Source: Amphiscolops sp. MND2022 (taxonomy: Eukaryota). Taken from it: DNA of 64,000 nucleotides. Positions within the stretch are counted from its first letter, which is position 1. Every line of letters starts with the position of its first letter. Shown piece by piece: positions 50,157 to 63,100 of the stretch. A program made the translations under genes and the position numbers. The notes under the pieces were generated by a model, which was not told the DNA's origin, made no database searches, and saw nothing but the letters and a program-made list of their open reading frames with translations. Location of the stretch: positions 74,588,001-74,652,000 of the forward strand of contig OZ076409.1 in assembly GCA_964187785.1 (NCBI GenBank). The letters are read 5' to 3'.

Positions 50157-50602
50157 CTTTATTCAAAACTATAGATGAACATCTTTTTTGTTGAAATGTT
50201 CTTTGATTATATTTTGCCTTTGCTCATTTCTTCAACGTTCCTTTGTAAATATATATTGATTAAACTGTCAACCATTGATAATAATACCAGTTGACACTGA
50301 AATTGACACCAGTCATGAAAAAATAATAATTGTCTGACTGGAACAAAAAAAAGACAAAAAAACAAGATGGCAAGATTGATGAAACAGTTCAATTCTTCAA
50401 CTTCGATAATCTTTTCCTTAACATACCTTTAACATCACGTGGAGGGAAATAGAAAAACATTTCTACAGTTAATTAGTTCGAAAAAAAATTAGACAGTATT
50501 TAGACGCAGTACATCGAAAGAAATGAAAATCGGTCGCGAAACATAACGTTATTGTGTTTTTAGATAGCTTTGTCTTCAATCCAGACTGAAACAAGATTCA
50601 AA

Positions 50603-51980
50603 ATGCCCATCATTAATAAAGATTTGTCGGCAGATGAGGCAGCCACCAGAACAATCAGTAAATTAACAACATGTGAACTCGATGAAGTGATGGAATCTAA
50701 TGCAACGGATCGGAAGTACATGATTTGTACATTGCTTTACGCCAAAAAATGTGTGAAATCAGTATCGTATTTTAAACTAACGAATGGACAAAAGCAAAAA
50801 CAGGAGGCTACATTCAACCGTTTTGTCCTTCTGGGAGTGATCGGAAAAGAGAAAGTAATGGCAATATTTACCTACACCCAACTAGAAAGCGCGGAGTTGT
50901 TGCGTTACTGTTCTGCATTACAACCGGGAAATGCGTGCGCCTTAATACGCCCTAAATTCGATAACAAGTATATGGGATCATCATCCACTACCCCAATCAT
51001 ACTAACTTCTGAGCCACTTGTGCCTCTGAACATCAAGAATTACCCTGATGTCAGCTGTCCAAGAATTGTATCATCACCGGATTTTCAACATTTCTACATC
51101 AAAACGAAAGATTTGAAGCTCGATAATATAGATGCCATTGGAAACGTGTGCAATGGGACCTTCTGCGATGGTCAACCGAAGGGCGACTGTCCTTGTTTAG
51201 AGGTCGACAACCGGAAAAGCAGCTGGATCATTACTGCGGATGTGAAATGCAGTGGGTTGTATCACTCATCAAAAATACGATCAAAACGATTGATAACGGT
51301 ATTCGCTCCCAAATGTAAGTCGGCGGACCCTAACAAAAGAGAATTTGATGTCCTTGATTTGGGCGATTGTATTGAAAACTGTGTTGAAGCAGTAAATGCC
51401 AAGAATGGATGGGAAATTTTCGGTTGGGTGAAACCAAACGAATCTGCTCTAGAGTTTACAAACTATGAATGCGACCTACACATTATACATCTTCAACCTA
51501 TCGAAATTACAGATGTAGAGTCAGGTAAACCTACACTTCAAATATTTAATTTTCCAGTTTTTACTTTCTTTTTTCGCTAAAGTTCTAAATAATTTTCGAC
51601 CAAAATATGTCTAGCAGAATCAAAATATACATTTTAACAGAATATAAAACACAATTTTTAATGTTATTAACAATTGTTTTCGCAAAAGACATGAACAATA
51701 ATTTCACCTTGAACTGTTATTTTACAACTTGAGACTAAAACTTAGAGTCTTTATTTTTTCCCATCGTAATTTTTAAGATGATCGATAAGTGACAAATGAT
51801 AAATATACTTTAGATGCATACAAAGCCTTGCAGTATAAGTTGCCCGGAACGTCTGCCCCACAAGTTGAAATGCCCATCATGGCAACTACATCAGGGATAG
51901 CTTCGGTTCCAGCGACAGCTCCAGCAACACCTCCAGCAAACGCTTCCCCAGATGTACAAGCAGCATCGGTTGAACAATGA
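50603..51980 (+). CDS. Second element-borne gene of unknown function; probably two exons (50603-51524 and 51814-51980); Cys cluster; possibly an OB-fold/ssDNA-binding accessory protein
   Basis: Long ORF 50570-51580 with first ATG at 50603. Donor CAG|GTAAAC at 51524/51525, AT-rich intron, acceptor TACTTTAG at 51813 giving in-frame ...TDVES-D-AYKALQYKLP... Motif CNGTFCDGQPKGDCPC. AATAAA at 52214. Function is inference only. Confidence 0.72.
51525..51813 (+). other. Putative GT-AG intron in the second gene
   Basis: GTAAAC donor, AT-rich body with stops, TTTAG acceptor that restores the frame. An alternative AG at 51788-51789 is also in frame. Confidence 0.6.
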
Positions 51981-54900
51981 AAATCACATTATCAAATACG
52001 AAAAATACAGAAGTCAAGAGAAGTGACAATAAGAAAAAAAACATTGATAGACTTAAAAATCTCATAACTTTGTGATTAAATAATGTTATAATGTGATCAT
52101 AAAAAGATTGCAGAAAAAAATTATCTTGGAACCGGTAAAACATTATAAATATCGTACTGTTATGTTCCTTTAGTTCATATTCTTGAAATATTGTTAATTT
52201 CTTATTTCAAAGAAATAAAAATTCACTTTTTCGTTTATGAATAAAGTTTATCGTTCCCACAAGAAACTTGAATAGAGTGTTTATAGAATAAACACGTATG
52301 TTCATAGACTATTCAATATTTTAAATAGAAAAATCTGAACTAGTCAAACTACTAATCTTTTTGACTGAACTTTGCCTTCACTCTGGTATGACATTTGCTA
52401 AACGTTTGGTCCTTACAACATACACATGACTAACGTCAACGCCACATACTGTTACCAACGCCCACCGTCCGTAGGCATGCCGAGGCATGCCTTTCGACGA
52501 CGTATGTCAAATACCTTAAAACCGACGCGCACTCTCCCGCTAGGTGCCGGGATTTCTATTCGATAAAGTATGTGGCGCGCCTTGGGTAGGGTCCCTTGCG
52601 CGCTCTTGGGTATGGTGTTCACCAGCTAGGAAACAGGGGTCGATTTTTCGGGATCTCCTAAACTAGCCACACGATTTGGCTGAAATTTGGCACACGTACT
52701 CCCCTCGGCACGGTGAAGATGATTTCCTACTGACGTTTTTCCCGCAAAATTTTTTTTGTTGTCCAAAATAACGGTTTTTGGGGTAAAATTTTGAATTTTT
52801 TTTTTAAATTTTATCTTATATCTCGCCACCGGTTTACGCTAGCGCTTCAAAACCCTGCTAAAGAAAGCTTGCAAACTGTCTCAGGAATGCTGTGTGAAAA
52901 TTTCAGCTCAATCGGACTTAAACTCAGGGAGATATAGCGTTTTTCCGGAGCGGGGGGGTTTCATTTTTCTAACGGTCCAGCTTATCTTTGCCATTTTTTC
53001 AAAAATGCACTCGCCTAAAGGCCTCCCCTGGCCGGTTTTATTCCCAGCAAAACCATTTGGCCCTAAATACGGAGTTTCAGCGTTCCAGCATTCCCGGGCG
53101 AAAAGTTGTGGGACTTAGAATATTTCAAAAATTTTCAAAAAATTTTTTTTTCCGTTATTTGGGCCCCCAAAGTGGGGGAAAAGACCCCCCAACCAGTAAG
53201 GCAAGTGAATGCATGTGCAAAGCCCTTGTTTAGAGGAGAAAAATGCCGTTTAGAACGTCTTTTTATCTTGGCTCAACGTTGACTTATGACGTTTTGAAGG
53301 TGATGTTTGGAGGTGTAAAGCACGTGAATAGTAAACGTTATGAGTATATATCTGATCTGAAAGCCATTGAGATGCAATATGGTTTGCTCAAAACGTAATT
53401 CATGGCAGTTTGGCAATCAATCAACACCCTTTGTTGTCGTTTGACATACTTTTTTGTTGTTATAATAAAAAATTTTGTGTATTTATTCATTTTTTTCTCA
53501 TCAAATAACTTGAAACAGTTGAGTACATTCCATCCCCCCTTCCGGGGGAGATGAGAATGTACTCGCAAAAAGCACCGAACTACGGCCCTTACCTTCCCGA
53601 GCTACGCAGTATAAGGATTACATATTGGTTCCGACATTTTCATAGAGTTAAATCTTGGTAATCTGTCTGGATATGCAGAAAAACCAGCACGTGCTTTTTT
53701 ATACCAAGTTGCTTACAACGACAATTATTTTATATCAACGCCCCCATATTTATCAACGCCCCCCGTCCGTGGGCATGCCGAGGCATGCCCTTCGACGACG
53801 TATACCAAAATATGTTCGAGCGCGTTAGCCTAGGTGGAGGGGATTATATCACAGCTATAATGGTTTTTTCCGGAGTTTGTGGCTTTGGAAAAAACTAAAA
53901 GCGAAAATTTTGGGACCAGGGGTTAGTACCGAGTTCCGCGCGAAACCTACTTAGGAAAATGGCCAATCCTGAATTCGATCTCAAAACTGAGCCATACGAT
54001 TTGCCTGAAATTTTGCATGCGGCTTCCTCTAGCGATTCTAAGAACTTTTCCCTACTACCATTTTGCCCGGGAATTTTTTTATGTTGACTTATTCACATTT
54101 TAGGTGCCAAAAATTGCGTTTTTTCAAAAAATTTTTTTTCAAGAGCTCATATCTTGCTTCCAGGTGCTCGTAGCGGGTCGCATGTGGACGTTGATATTGC
54201 TCGGCACTTCGTAAGGAGTCCGTATACAAATTTTCGTACAGATCGGATGAAAATTGACTGAGTAATAGCCGCATATTGGACGAATTTTGTCGAAAATTTC
54301 GGTACACCTAGTCTATCTCTGCCGTTTTTTGCCCAGATTTTTCTTGAGACACTCTCCTAAAGACCTCCCCTGGCCGGTTTACCTCCCAGCAAAACCATTT
54401 GGCCCTATATACGAAGTTGCAGCGTTCTAGCATTCCCGGGCGAAAAGTTATGAGACTTAGAAAAAAAATTTTGGAAACGCAAAATGTGTAAAGTCAATTT
54501 CAGGCCTCCCAAAGTCAAGAAACTTCCACACAACTAGGATTGCAAGTGAATGCATGTGGAAAGTGCTCGAATAGGCGAGAAAAATGAGCTATTATACAAC
54601 TCTGTAGCTTAACCTGACGTTGACTTATGACATTTTTAGTGTGAGCTTGCTATGCGAGAAAAATTTTCAAAAATTGAAAATCGAAGCTAAGTCTTATCCA
54701 AAAACGTTCAGTCAACCTCAGAGCTTTTCAATTCCAGTTGTCTAATGCAGCAACACTATTTAGGGTAGTTTGAAACCATTTTTATAAGTTTTGACTCCGT
54801 CTTATCCATTCGAAACAGTTGAGTACATTCCATCTCCCCTTCGTGGGAGATGGCAATGTACTCGCAAAAAGTCAATTACTATTGCCCTTTTTAAACCTGT

Positions 54901-55136
54901 AGTAGCCCTAGAAAAGCAGTAGCGTGAGCTCCAGGCTGTTTGCAGTAACTACTAAAATTGTGACCAGAATTTGCATTCTTTTTGATTTGACATATTCTGA
55001 ACGTTTGGTCCTTACAACATTCACATGACTAACGTCAACGCCACATACTGTCACCAACGCCCACCGTCCGTAGGCATGCCGAGGCATGCCTTTCGACGAC
55101 GTATGCCAGATAACTCTAGCCACGCTGTCATACTCG

Positions 55137-57508
55137 GTGGTCGGGGTTATTTCCCAGCCAATTTTGCCGCGCGGGGAGGGACCCGTTCAGCGGCCCAGGT
55201 CATTATTTTTTTACATTAAAAAAAACGATACCCCGGAAAGCGATTTCGAAACCCACCCGTAGGATCCCTCTGAATTTTTGCATACACCTCCGTATAACAG
55301 TTCTAAGAAAAAGTCAGCAAGGGCGTTTTCAGTTCTAAACGGGGAATGTTGACCAAAAAGCGCAATTTATGTCCAAAAAAATGCAATTTTTCGACTTTTT
55401 TATTTTTGACGGCCAACAGCTCTTTTCCAGATGCCCGCCCAAGTCATAAACCGGAGAAAAGTTTTGTTGGGCACTTCGTGAAGAATCCTTAGGGTGATTT
55501 TCGTTTCAATCCTATTTCCTGACGTTGACTTATGGTTGGGTGAAAAAACGCAACATTTGTTACAAAAAGTGCTTTTGGTACTCAAGGGCCCATAACTCGT
55601 GACATAATCAATTGAGCAAGTTCGTGTATAATTACGATTTTCTTGCCTATTGATAGGAGAACAAACAAGCAAGAACAAAATTTTCTGTGGGAAGACGTCA
55701 AAAAAAGATATCAAAGGTTTTATACTCAATAAAATGGTGTTTTTCGATTATCGTGGAAAAAATGTAAAAGGGTGGCATTTTTCGGCTGTTCAAGGTAGCG
55801 GGTATTTCATTGCAGTTAATAACTCACCTCTAGTAGTCATTTACTTGGATGATTTTCAATGTTGATAAATTGCATGATAAACTTCATTTTTTGCGTCACC
55901 AATATTGACACCCACGATTTCAGTCAATTTTTTCGCGTTCACGTTTTTGAGTGGATATAACTTTTTTCCAGTGCGTTTTACGGTCATCATCCAGGAGCAC
56001 AAAATTGTTGGCCGTCTTAAGCAGAAAATATATGGTAAGTTTAGAGTCATTTGAAACGTTTTTGAAATGTCCAGAGATGCACACATTTACAGTTTTTTTG
56101 CCCACAAAACACTATTTTACGAAACCCAACACTTTTTGCCAAAAAAGTCAAACTTTGTCCACACAACTTAGATTGCAAGTGAATGCATGCGGAGAGTACT
56201 TGAAATGATGGGAAAAATGAGCTATAGAACGCTCATTTACGACAACCTGACGTGGACTTAGGATAATTTGAAAAAGTACGAAAAAAAAGAACAACGGTTC
56301 CAAAACAATCAGTTTGTAGTAAATGGCCAATAACTCCATACACAACCCTCCGCGCAAGCTAGTGTCCAAGTACGTTTTTGTTACCCGTGAACAGTGCAAC
56401 AAATAAGTAAAAGTAAAACTTTATGTAGAGAATCGTCGGAGAAAGAAATAACGGGATTTTTTATCACATTTAAGAGACAAAATTGAAAAATTAGTCTATT
56501 CCTGGCATTTTACCTAAACTTTTTCGACAGTACACATACAGGAGGTAAAATTCGTCCAATATCATGCCTAACAAAACTATTTGATCCATTGGCCGCAATT
56601 TGAGCGTTCCAATTTTCCCCAGTCATAAATTATGGGACTTCGAAAATTTTCAAAAGTTCCATTTTTCAACAAAATTTCAAATTCAGGCCTCCCAAAGGTA
56701 AGAAAGTTCCACACAACTAGGATTGCAAGTGGTTGCATGTGGAAAGTGCTCGAACCGACAAGAAAAATGGGCTTTAGAACGTCTCTCTATCGTAACCTGA
56801 CGTTGACTTATGATGTTTTGAATGTGATACTGCTACGTGCTCGAGAAGTGTAAGTGGAACATATGTCTCGTTGAATACTCATCGGAATACATTCAATGAA
56901 CCCAATCACCCTAAATTGCAGTTTCCTAGTGCAACAACGTCTGTCAAGGACCTTTTTTGATAAGAGTCGAAATTATTATTAAATTCAGTTAGCAAGAAAC
57001 ACTTGAGTACATTCTCATCTCTCCCCATCGGGGGAGATGAGAATGTACTTGCTAAAACGGCTTCTTTGTTTTCATGCGATGGATTCTGTGCCTTGCCACA
57101 CATATAACTTTGTTTTGTGTGACCTTGCGTATATACTTTGACTTGTCATAATAAATTTCTTCTCGTAAATTTACGTAAATCAACAATGCATCTACAATGC
57201 ACCTTCAACGTCAAAGCCAAATAAATATAGCTGGCCACCGTCCGTAGGCAGAGCAAGGCATGCTTTTTGACGACGTATGCCGAAACACAAACGCGAACAA
57301 AACTGCTGAAAATCAGAAACAGTGACCAACAATTTTGACTGTTTGACATATGGTAGGTTTTTATATGGAACTTACTGATATTTCACAACATTTCAGCTGA
57401 CGCCCACCTACCACTATCAACGCGCACCGTCAGTGGGCATGCCGAGGCATGCCCTTCGACGACGTATGGCTAATACCTTCAGCGACGCCCCCGCGCTCCC
57501 CCGTCTAG
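55137..57508 (+). mobile_element. Unit 35: long composite unit (2372 bp) with a unique internal segment and a duplicated 3' end
   Basis: Unique ~55520-56140. The CACACAACT..GATTGCAAGTG block occurs twice (~56160, ~56710). Degenerate palindrome at ~57243-57279. The 3' half is related to unit 2. Confidence 0.72.
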
Positions 57509-58779
57509 GTGGCTGGGAATTTTTTTTCTGCTCAATTCTTTGCCAACTGGGGGAGGGGCCCCTGGTGGCTGTTACCCAAATTACATACCTACCCAAATCG
57601 TCCGCTCCGGATACGATCTCGAAAACCACCCAGTAACTTTTTCTGAAACTTTGCATACAGGCCTAGAATCAAATCCTAAGAACTATTTCCTACTGGCGTT
57701 TTTCCGAATTTTTTCAAAAAGTTGGTCAAAAATGCAACAAAAGTTGCCAATGGACATAAAAAACGCAACTTTTCGACTTTGAGGGCCCATAACTTTTTCC
57801 GGAGTGCCCGGAGCGGTTCGCACGTGGACCACAATATTGCTCAGCATTGTCGAAGCAGTGCGTGGACAAATTTTGGTTCGAATCGGATGAAAATTGACTG
57901 AGAAATAAACGCAAATTTTCGTGCATTTGTTGCAAATACCAGTCTATCTCTGCCATTTTCGCCCAAAATTTTTCCCAGAGCCTTTATAGGGGGCAACCCC
58001 TGCCCAAATTTCTGCCGAGCAAACCCATTTGGCCCTAAATACGGAGTTTCAGCGTTCCAGCATTCTCGGGCAAAAAGTTGTGGGACTTGAAAATTTTTCA
58101 AAAAAACGCAAAAATTGTGAAAAGTAACTTCTGGCCTCCCAAAGTCAAGAAACTTTCACACAACTAGTATTGCAAGTGAATGCATGTGGAAAGCACTCGG
58201 ATAGACGAGAAAAATGAGCTAAAGAACGACTCTGTAGCTTAATCGGACGTTGACTTATGACATTTTGAGTGTGAGCATCCTATAGGATTTTAATGTCAAA
58301 AATGAGATTTTGTAAGTCATGTCTCATCAAAACCTCATCGGAATACGTTCAATCATCCTTATAGCTGTTCAATCACCGTGGCTTAGTAGAGCAACGCCAT
58401 TGAATGTCTTTGGACCCATTTTGAAAATTTTCGTTACCGTCTTATTCGTCCGATATCACGAAACAGTTGAGTACATTCCATCTCCCCCGTTGGGGGAGAT
58501 GAGAATGTTCTCGCCATAGATCTGATACAATGGCCCCAATTGGTTTTTATTTGACCTTTCTCACGATATTGCACACGGATAGCTGTGTTTGGTAAAAGTT
58601 TTCCTTTGCACCATGTCTCCAGTAGCTAAACCACTTCTTTAGCTTACTACATCTACTCAAACATCACTAACGTCAACGCCACATACTCGCTTCAGCGCCC
58701 ACCGTCCGTGGGCATGCCGAGGCATGCCCTTCGACGACGTATGCCAAATAGCGCCACAGGGCGCAAACATTCCCGCTAG

Positions 58780-60168
58780 GTGGTTGGGGCGGTCCCCAGA
58801 ACGCACAAGGAGGCGCGGGGAGGGTCCTGCGCCGACGTAGAATAATTTCATATAATACTAGTATCCTACATGGGTGTTTTAGAGGCGATTTTGGAATCTA
58901 ACCGTAGGATTTGGATAATTTTTTGCATGCGGCCATAACTCGAAATTCTAAGAACTTTTTCCTACCGTCATATTCCCCGCAAATTGTTTTTTGTTGACTT
59001 ATGGCCGAAAAACCGGAAATAACGTCCTTGTTAGACGTTATATCCGAAGTGTCGTCATAACTTTTTTCCAGGGCATGCTAGCGTTCTCGTTCACTTTTAC
59101 ACTTAGTTGCAGCATCTCAAAATACAACTGGTGGAAAATTTTGGTTGCATTCGGATCACCCCCCACCGAGATAGAAGGGTTCCCCCCTCCAGTTTTACCA
59201 CCCAAATTTGCAAAATAGCCAATTTTGAGCATGAAGCCGAGGATTTAGCGTACCCGCACCCTCCTGATGTTTTGTTGTACGTATTGGGGTCAATCTGACG
59301 ACATGTGTGGTTTTCACCCCCAACCCCCCCTTGGACCGGAAATGACACTTTTTTGTGTTTTTTGGCAGAATTTAGCCTTTTTCATTATTAGGCAGTCGTT
59401 TTAGGGACTCCTAGCAGGATATCGAAATTGAAATACAACCTGATCACAACCCAGTGACAATATGTTGGCCACTTGGAGGTATCATCATGACCGGAAGTGG
59501 GGTCAGCCCCCCTTTTTGTGACCGCTTTTTGACCTTGTGCACCAAAATGCCAACATCTTGAGGCCTAATGAGGCATTCAAATCTGTACAAAGATAAAATG
59601 TTAGACAACCGAAGTCCCGGAAGATCTTTAGCATATACCGGAAGTTACCCCCCATGACCGGAAGTTACCCAATGTGACCGGAAATGGTCCAAAAATTAAT
59701 GTAAAGTTGAATTTTTCACTATTTCAAGACCACTTAATTGAAACTTTTCAATCTCAAAACTAGCGTACTGGCTTGTTTTGCTGAATTTATGAAAATTGAT
59801 GAGCTCTATCGCCCCCGATAGCCTTCGAAGTTGACCTTGCGTCAACTTTGGAGGCTATCGATAAAGAAAAATGAACAACAAAGTACATTGTTGCTCTCGT
59901 TTTTTTCCCGTTGTTTTTCCTCAAACATTCTTGAGACATATACATGGCCGTTAGTTGAAATCAATATTTAGCCCATGTTATAGCTGGAGCAGCGAAGCGT
60001 TACACAGACTAGTGTGGTTTTGAAATCACACTATTTAAATTAACAACTGACCGTCTTAGTCAACTCCACACATTCATACCAACGCCCACCGTCTGTGGGC
60101 ATGCCGAGGCATGCCCTTCGACGACGTATGACGAATCCACTCCAACGACACCCGCAGTCCTCAGCTAG
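58780..60168 (+). mobile_element. Unit 37 (1389 bp, divergent 1.4-kb family); near-identical copy from 62732 to the window end
   Basis: Head GTGGTTGGGGCGG; ORF track repeats at offset 3952; different upstream neighbours. Confidence 0.85.
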
Positions 60169-63100
60169 GTGGCCGCGTCGTTTTGATGGACTTTTATCCT
60201 TGAGGCGCGGGTAGGGTCCTGCGCCGAGCTGGTGAAAATATACTACGTCCAAATCGCCCGTTCCGGAAACGATCTCAAAACTGGCCCGTACGATTTTCCT
60301 GAAACTTTGCATGTGGCCCCCAATTGGCGAGCAATGAAAAAGTGTAGGAGGCCATTTTTCCCAAATTCCACTGTGAGAGGAGATATATGAAAAAAACGGA
60401 CCCCAAAATGACGAAATTTTCACTTTTTGACCAAAAATGTGACATTATCTCCTCAGACAAGGCTCGGAGCAAAATTTGTCAGAACCCAAACCTGCAGCAG
60501 ACTGTTAGAGCAGTGCACACAGTAAGTTTGAAGGAAATCGGATAATCACATGTTGAGAAATTGACGATTTTCCGACAATTTTTTTTGCATTTGCAGTCTA
60601 TCTCTGCCGTTTTTTGCCCAAAATTTTTTCGAGACCCTCTCCTAAAGACCTCCCCTGGCCGGTTTACCTCCCAAAAAAACCATTTGGCCCTAAATACGAA
60701 GTTTCAGCGTTTTAGCATTCCCCAGTAAAAAGTTATGGGACTTAGAACTTTTTCAAAAACTTTCAAAATTTTTCTAAAAAAGTTCAGGCCGCCCAAAGTG
60801 AAGAAACTTCCACACAACTAGTATTACAAGTGAATGCATGTGGAAAGCCCTGCACTTGACGAGAAAAATGCCGTTTAGAACGTCTTTTTATCTTAACTTG
60901 ATGTTGACTTATGATCTTTTGAGTAGCGTATAACACGTGATCACAGTAGTGAAGATCCTAATTTTCAATAATTTTCGAACAATAACGCATGAAAAGAACC
61001 TGGAAAAGGTTCCGATGGGTCAGTTGGGATGTCTGAATCAAGTGTACATTCCCGTAGTGTATAGCGGATGTGTTTGGGACTTATTAGAAATTGTGATATA
61101 TTTTATACAAGTCTTTGTTTCTCTTAGAATCTTATGCAGTTGAGTACATTCCATCTCCCTCTCAGGGGAGATGTGAATGTACGTTTGCCAAATGCCTTGT
61201 AAAGCTGACAATTTTGATGGTATAAAATGATTAAACAAGTGTGACTAGCGTTTGCCGAATCACTGCAGCAAAAAATCTTGAAACTTTAGTGAGATTGAAT
61301 GCTTTTTGTCTCTAGTGTTTTTTCTTGTGTAGCCGACTTCCACATCCAAATATCAACGCCCACCGTCCGTGGGCATGCCGAGGCATGCCCTTCGACGACG
61401 TATGCCAAATACCATATGCCACGCAGTCTTTCCCCGCTAGGTGCCCTAATCCATCGATTTGCTCAACACTTCGAGGGCAGGGTAGGGTCCCTTGCCCGAG
61501 CCAAAACGTCGGATACTTACGACAGACAACTTAAGGCGGATGCTAAAGCGAGACCCCGATTTTCTAAACGGCCCATCAGATTTTGCTCAAATTTTGCATA
61601 CGGCTTCCTATAACAATCCTAAGAACTAATCCCTACTGGCATTTTGCCCGGAAAACGCAAAAAGTTGGTCAAAATCTTAATTTTTTGGTCAAAAAATGTC
61701 GTTTTTTCGAAAATTTTTTTTTCAAGAGCTCATATCTCGCTTCCAGGTGCTCGGAGCGGGTCGCATGTGGACGTCGATATTGCTGGGCACTTCGTAAGAA
61801 GTCCGTAGACAAATTTTCGTTCAGATCGGATGAAAATTGACTGAGTTATAACATATTTAGAAACGCATTTTTTCGCAAATTTCTGGAATCCCAGTCTATC
61901 TCTGCCGTTTTTTGCCCAGATTTTTTTCCAGGACCTCTCCTAAAGGCCTCCCCTGGCCGGTTTACCTCCCAGAGAAACCATTTGGCCCTTTTGCCGCAGT
62001 TTCAGCGTTCCAGGATTTCTTGAGTAAAAGATAAATGTCTTAGAATTTTTTCGAAAAATTTTCAAATTTTTTTTTTCATTTTCAGGCCTCCCAAAGTCAA
62101 GAAACGTCCACACAACTAGTATTGCAAGTGGATGCATGTGGAAAGTGCTCGAATAGACGAGAAAAATGAGCTATTATAAACCTCTGTAGCTTAACCTGAC
62201 GTTGACTTATGACAATTTTAGTGTGAGCTTCCTATGTGAGAAAAAATTTCAAAAATTGAAAATCGAAGTTAAGTCTCATCCAAAACTCATCGGAATACGT
62301 TCAATCCATCCCAAAGCGGTTTGTTCCCAGTTGTAGAGTGCAGCAACACCATTCAAGGTCATTTGACCCACTTTAATAGGTTTTGACTTTGTCTTATCCA
62401 TCCGAAAATTCGAAACAGTTAAGTACATTCCATCTCCCCTCCGTGGGAGATGGTAATGTACTCGCAAAAAGCCAAGTACTACCGCCCTATTCTACCCGTA
62501 GTGGTGCTAGAAATGCAGTAGCGTGAGCTCCAGGTTGTTTGCAGTAGTCTCTATGTGTTATAATTATATTTTTCATAGCTAAAAATCTTACTAAACGTGA
62601 TAAAAAAAATTACATCACTCAAAATTTTTTCAAATATTATTATATGTCCCCAATTGACGCACGTCAACTATTTCGCTACAACCACCCTACCACCCGGCCC
62701 CTCGTATCTTTGTTCAACCGTACACGTCTAGGTGGTTGGGGCGGTCCCCAGAACGCACAAGGAGGCGCGGGGAGGGTCCTGCGCCGACGTAGAATAATTT
62801 CATATAATACTAGTATCCTACATGGGTGTTTTAGAAGCGATTTTGGAATCTAACCGTAGGATTTGGATAATTTTTTGCATGCGGCCATAACTCGAAATTC
62901 TAAGAACTTTTTCCTACTGTCATTTTCCCCGCAAATTGTTTTTTGTTGACTTATGGCCGAAAAACCGGAAATAACGTCCTTTTTAGACGTTATATCCGAA
63001 GTGTCGTCATAACTTTTTTCCAGGGCATGCTAGCGTTCTCGTTCACTTTTACACTTAGTTGCAGCATCTCAAAATACAACTGGTGGAAAATTTTGGTTGC

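Larger units (their letters stand above)
40497..52543 (+). mobile_element. Full-length (autonomous-type) Helitron-like element, 12,047 bp, embedded as unit 32 of the array
   Basis: Starts GTGCCGGG after CTAG. The first ~790 bp closely match units 16 and 27. The last ~200 bp resemble the 3' ends of units 16 and 34, with the palindrome AGGCATGCCGAGGCATGCCT at 52473-52492 and CTAG at 52540-52543. The interior encodes a Rep/PIF1 helicase and a second gene. Confidence 0.88.

Noticed and set aside
40497..52543. Bacterial IS91/ISCR, plasmid or viral origin for the HUH-helicase
   Set aside because: Motif spacing is Helitron-like, Rep is fused to a PIF1 helicase, and splice and poly(A) signals are present; no prokaryotic or capsid genes.
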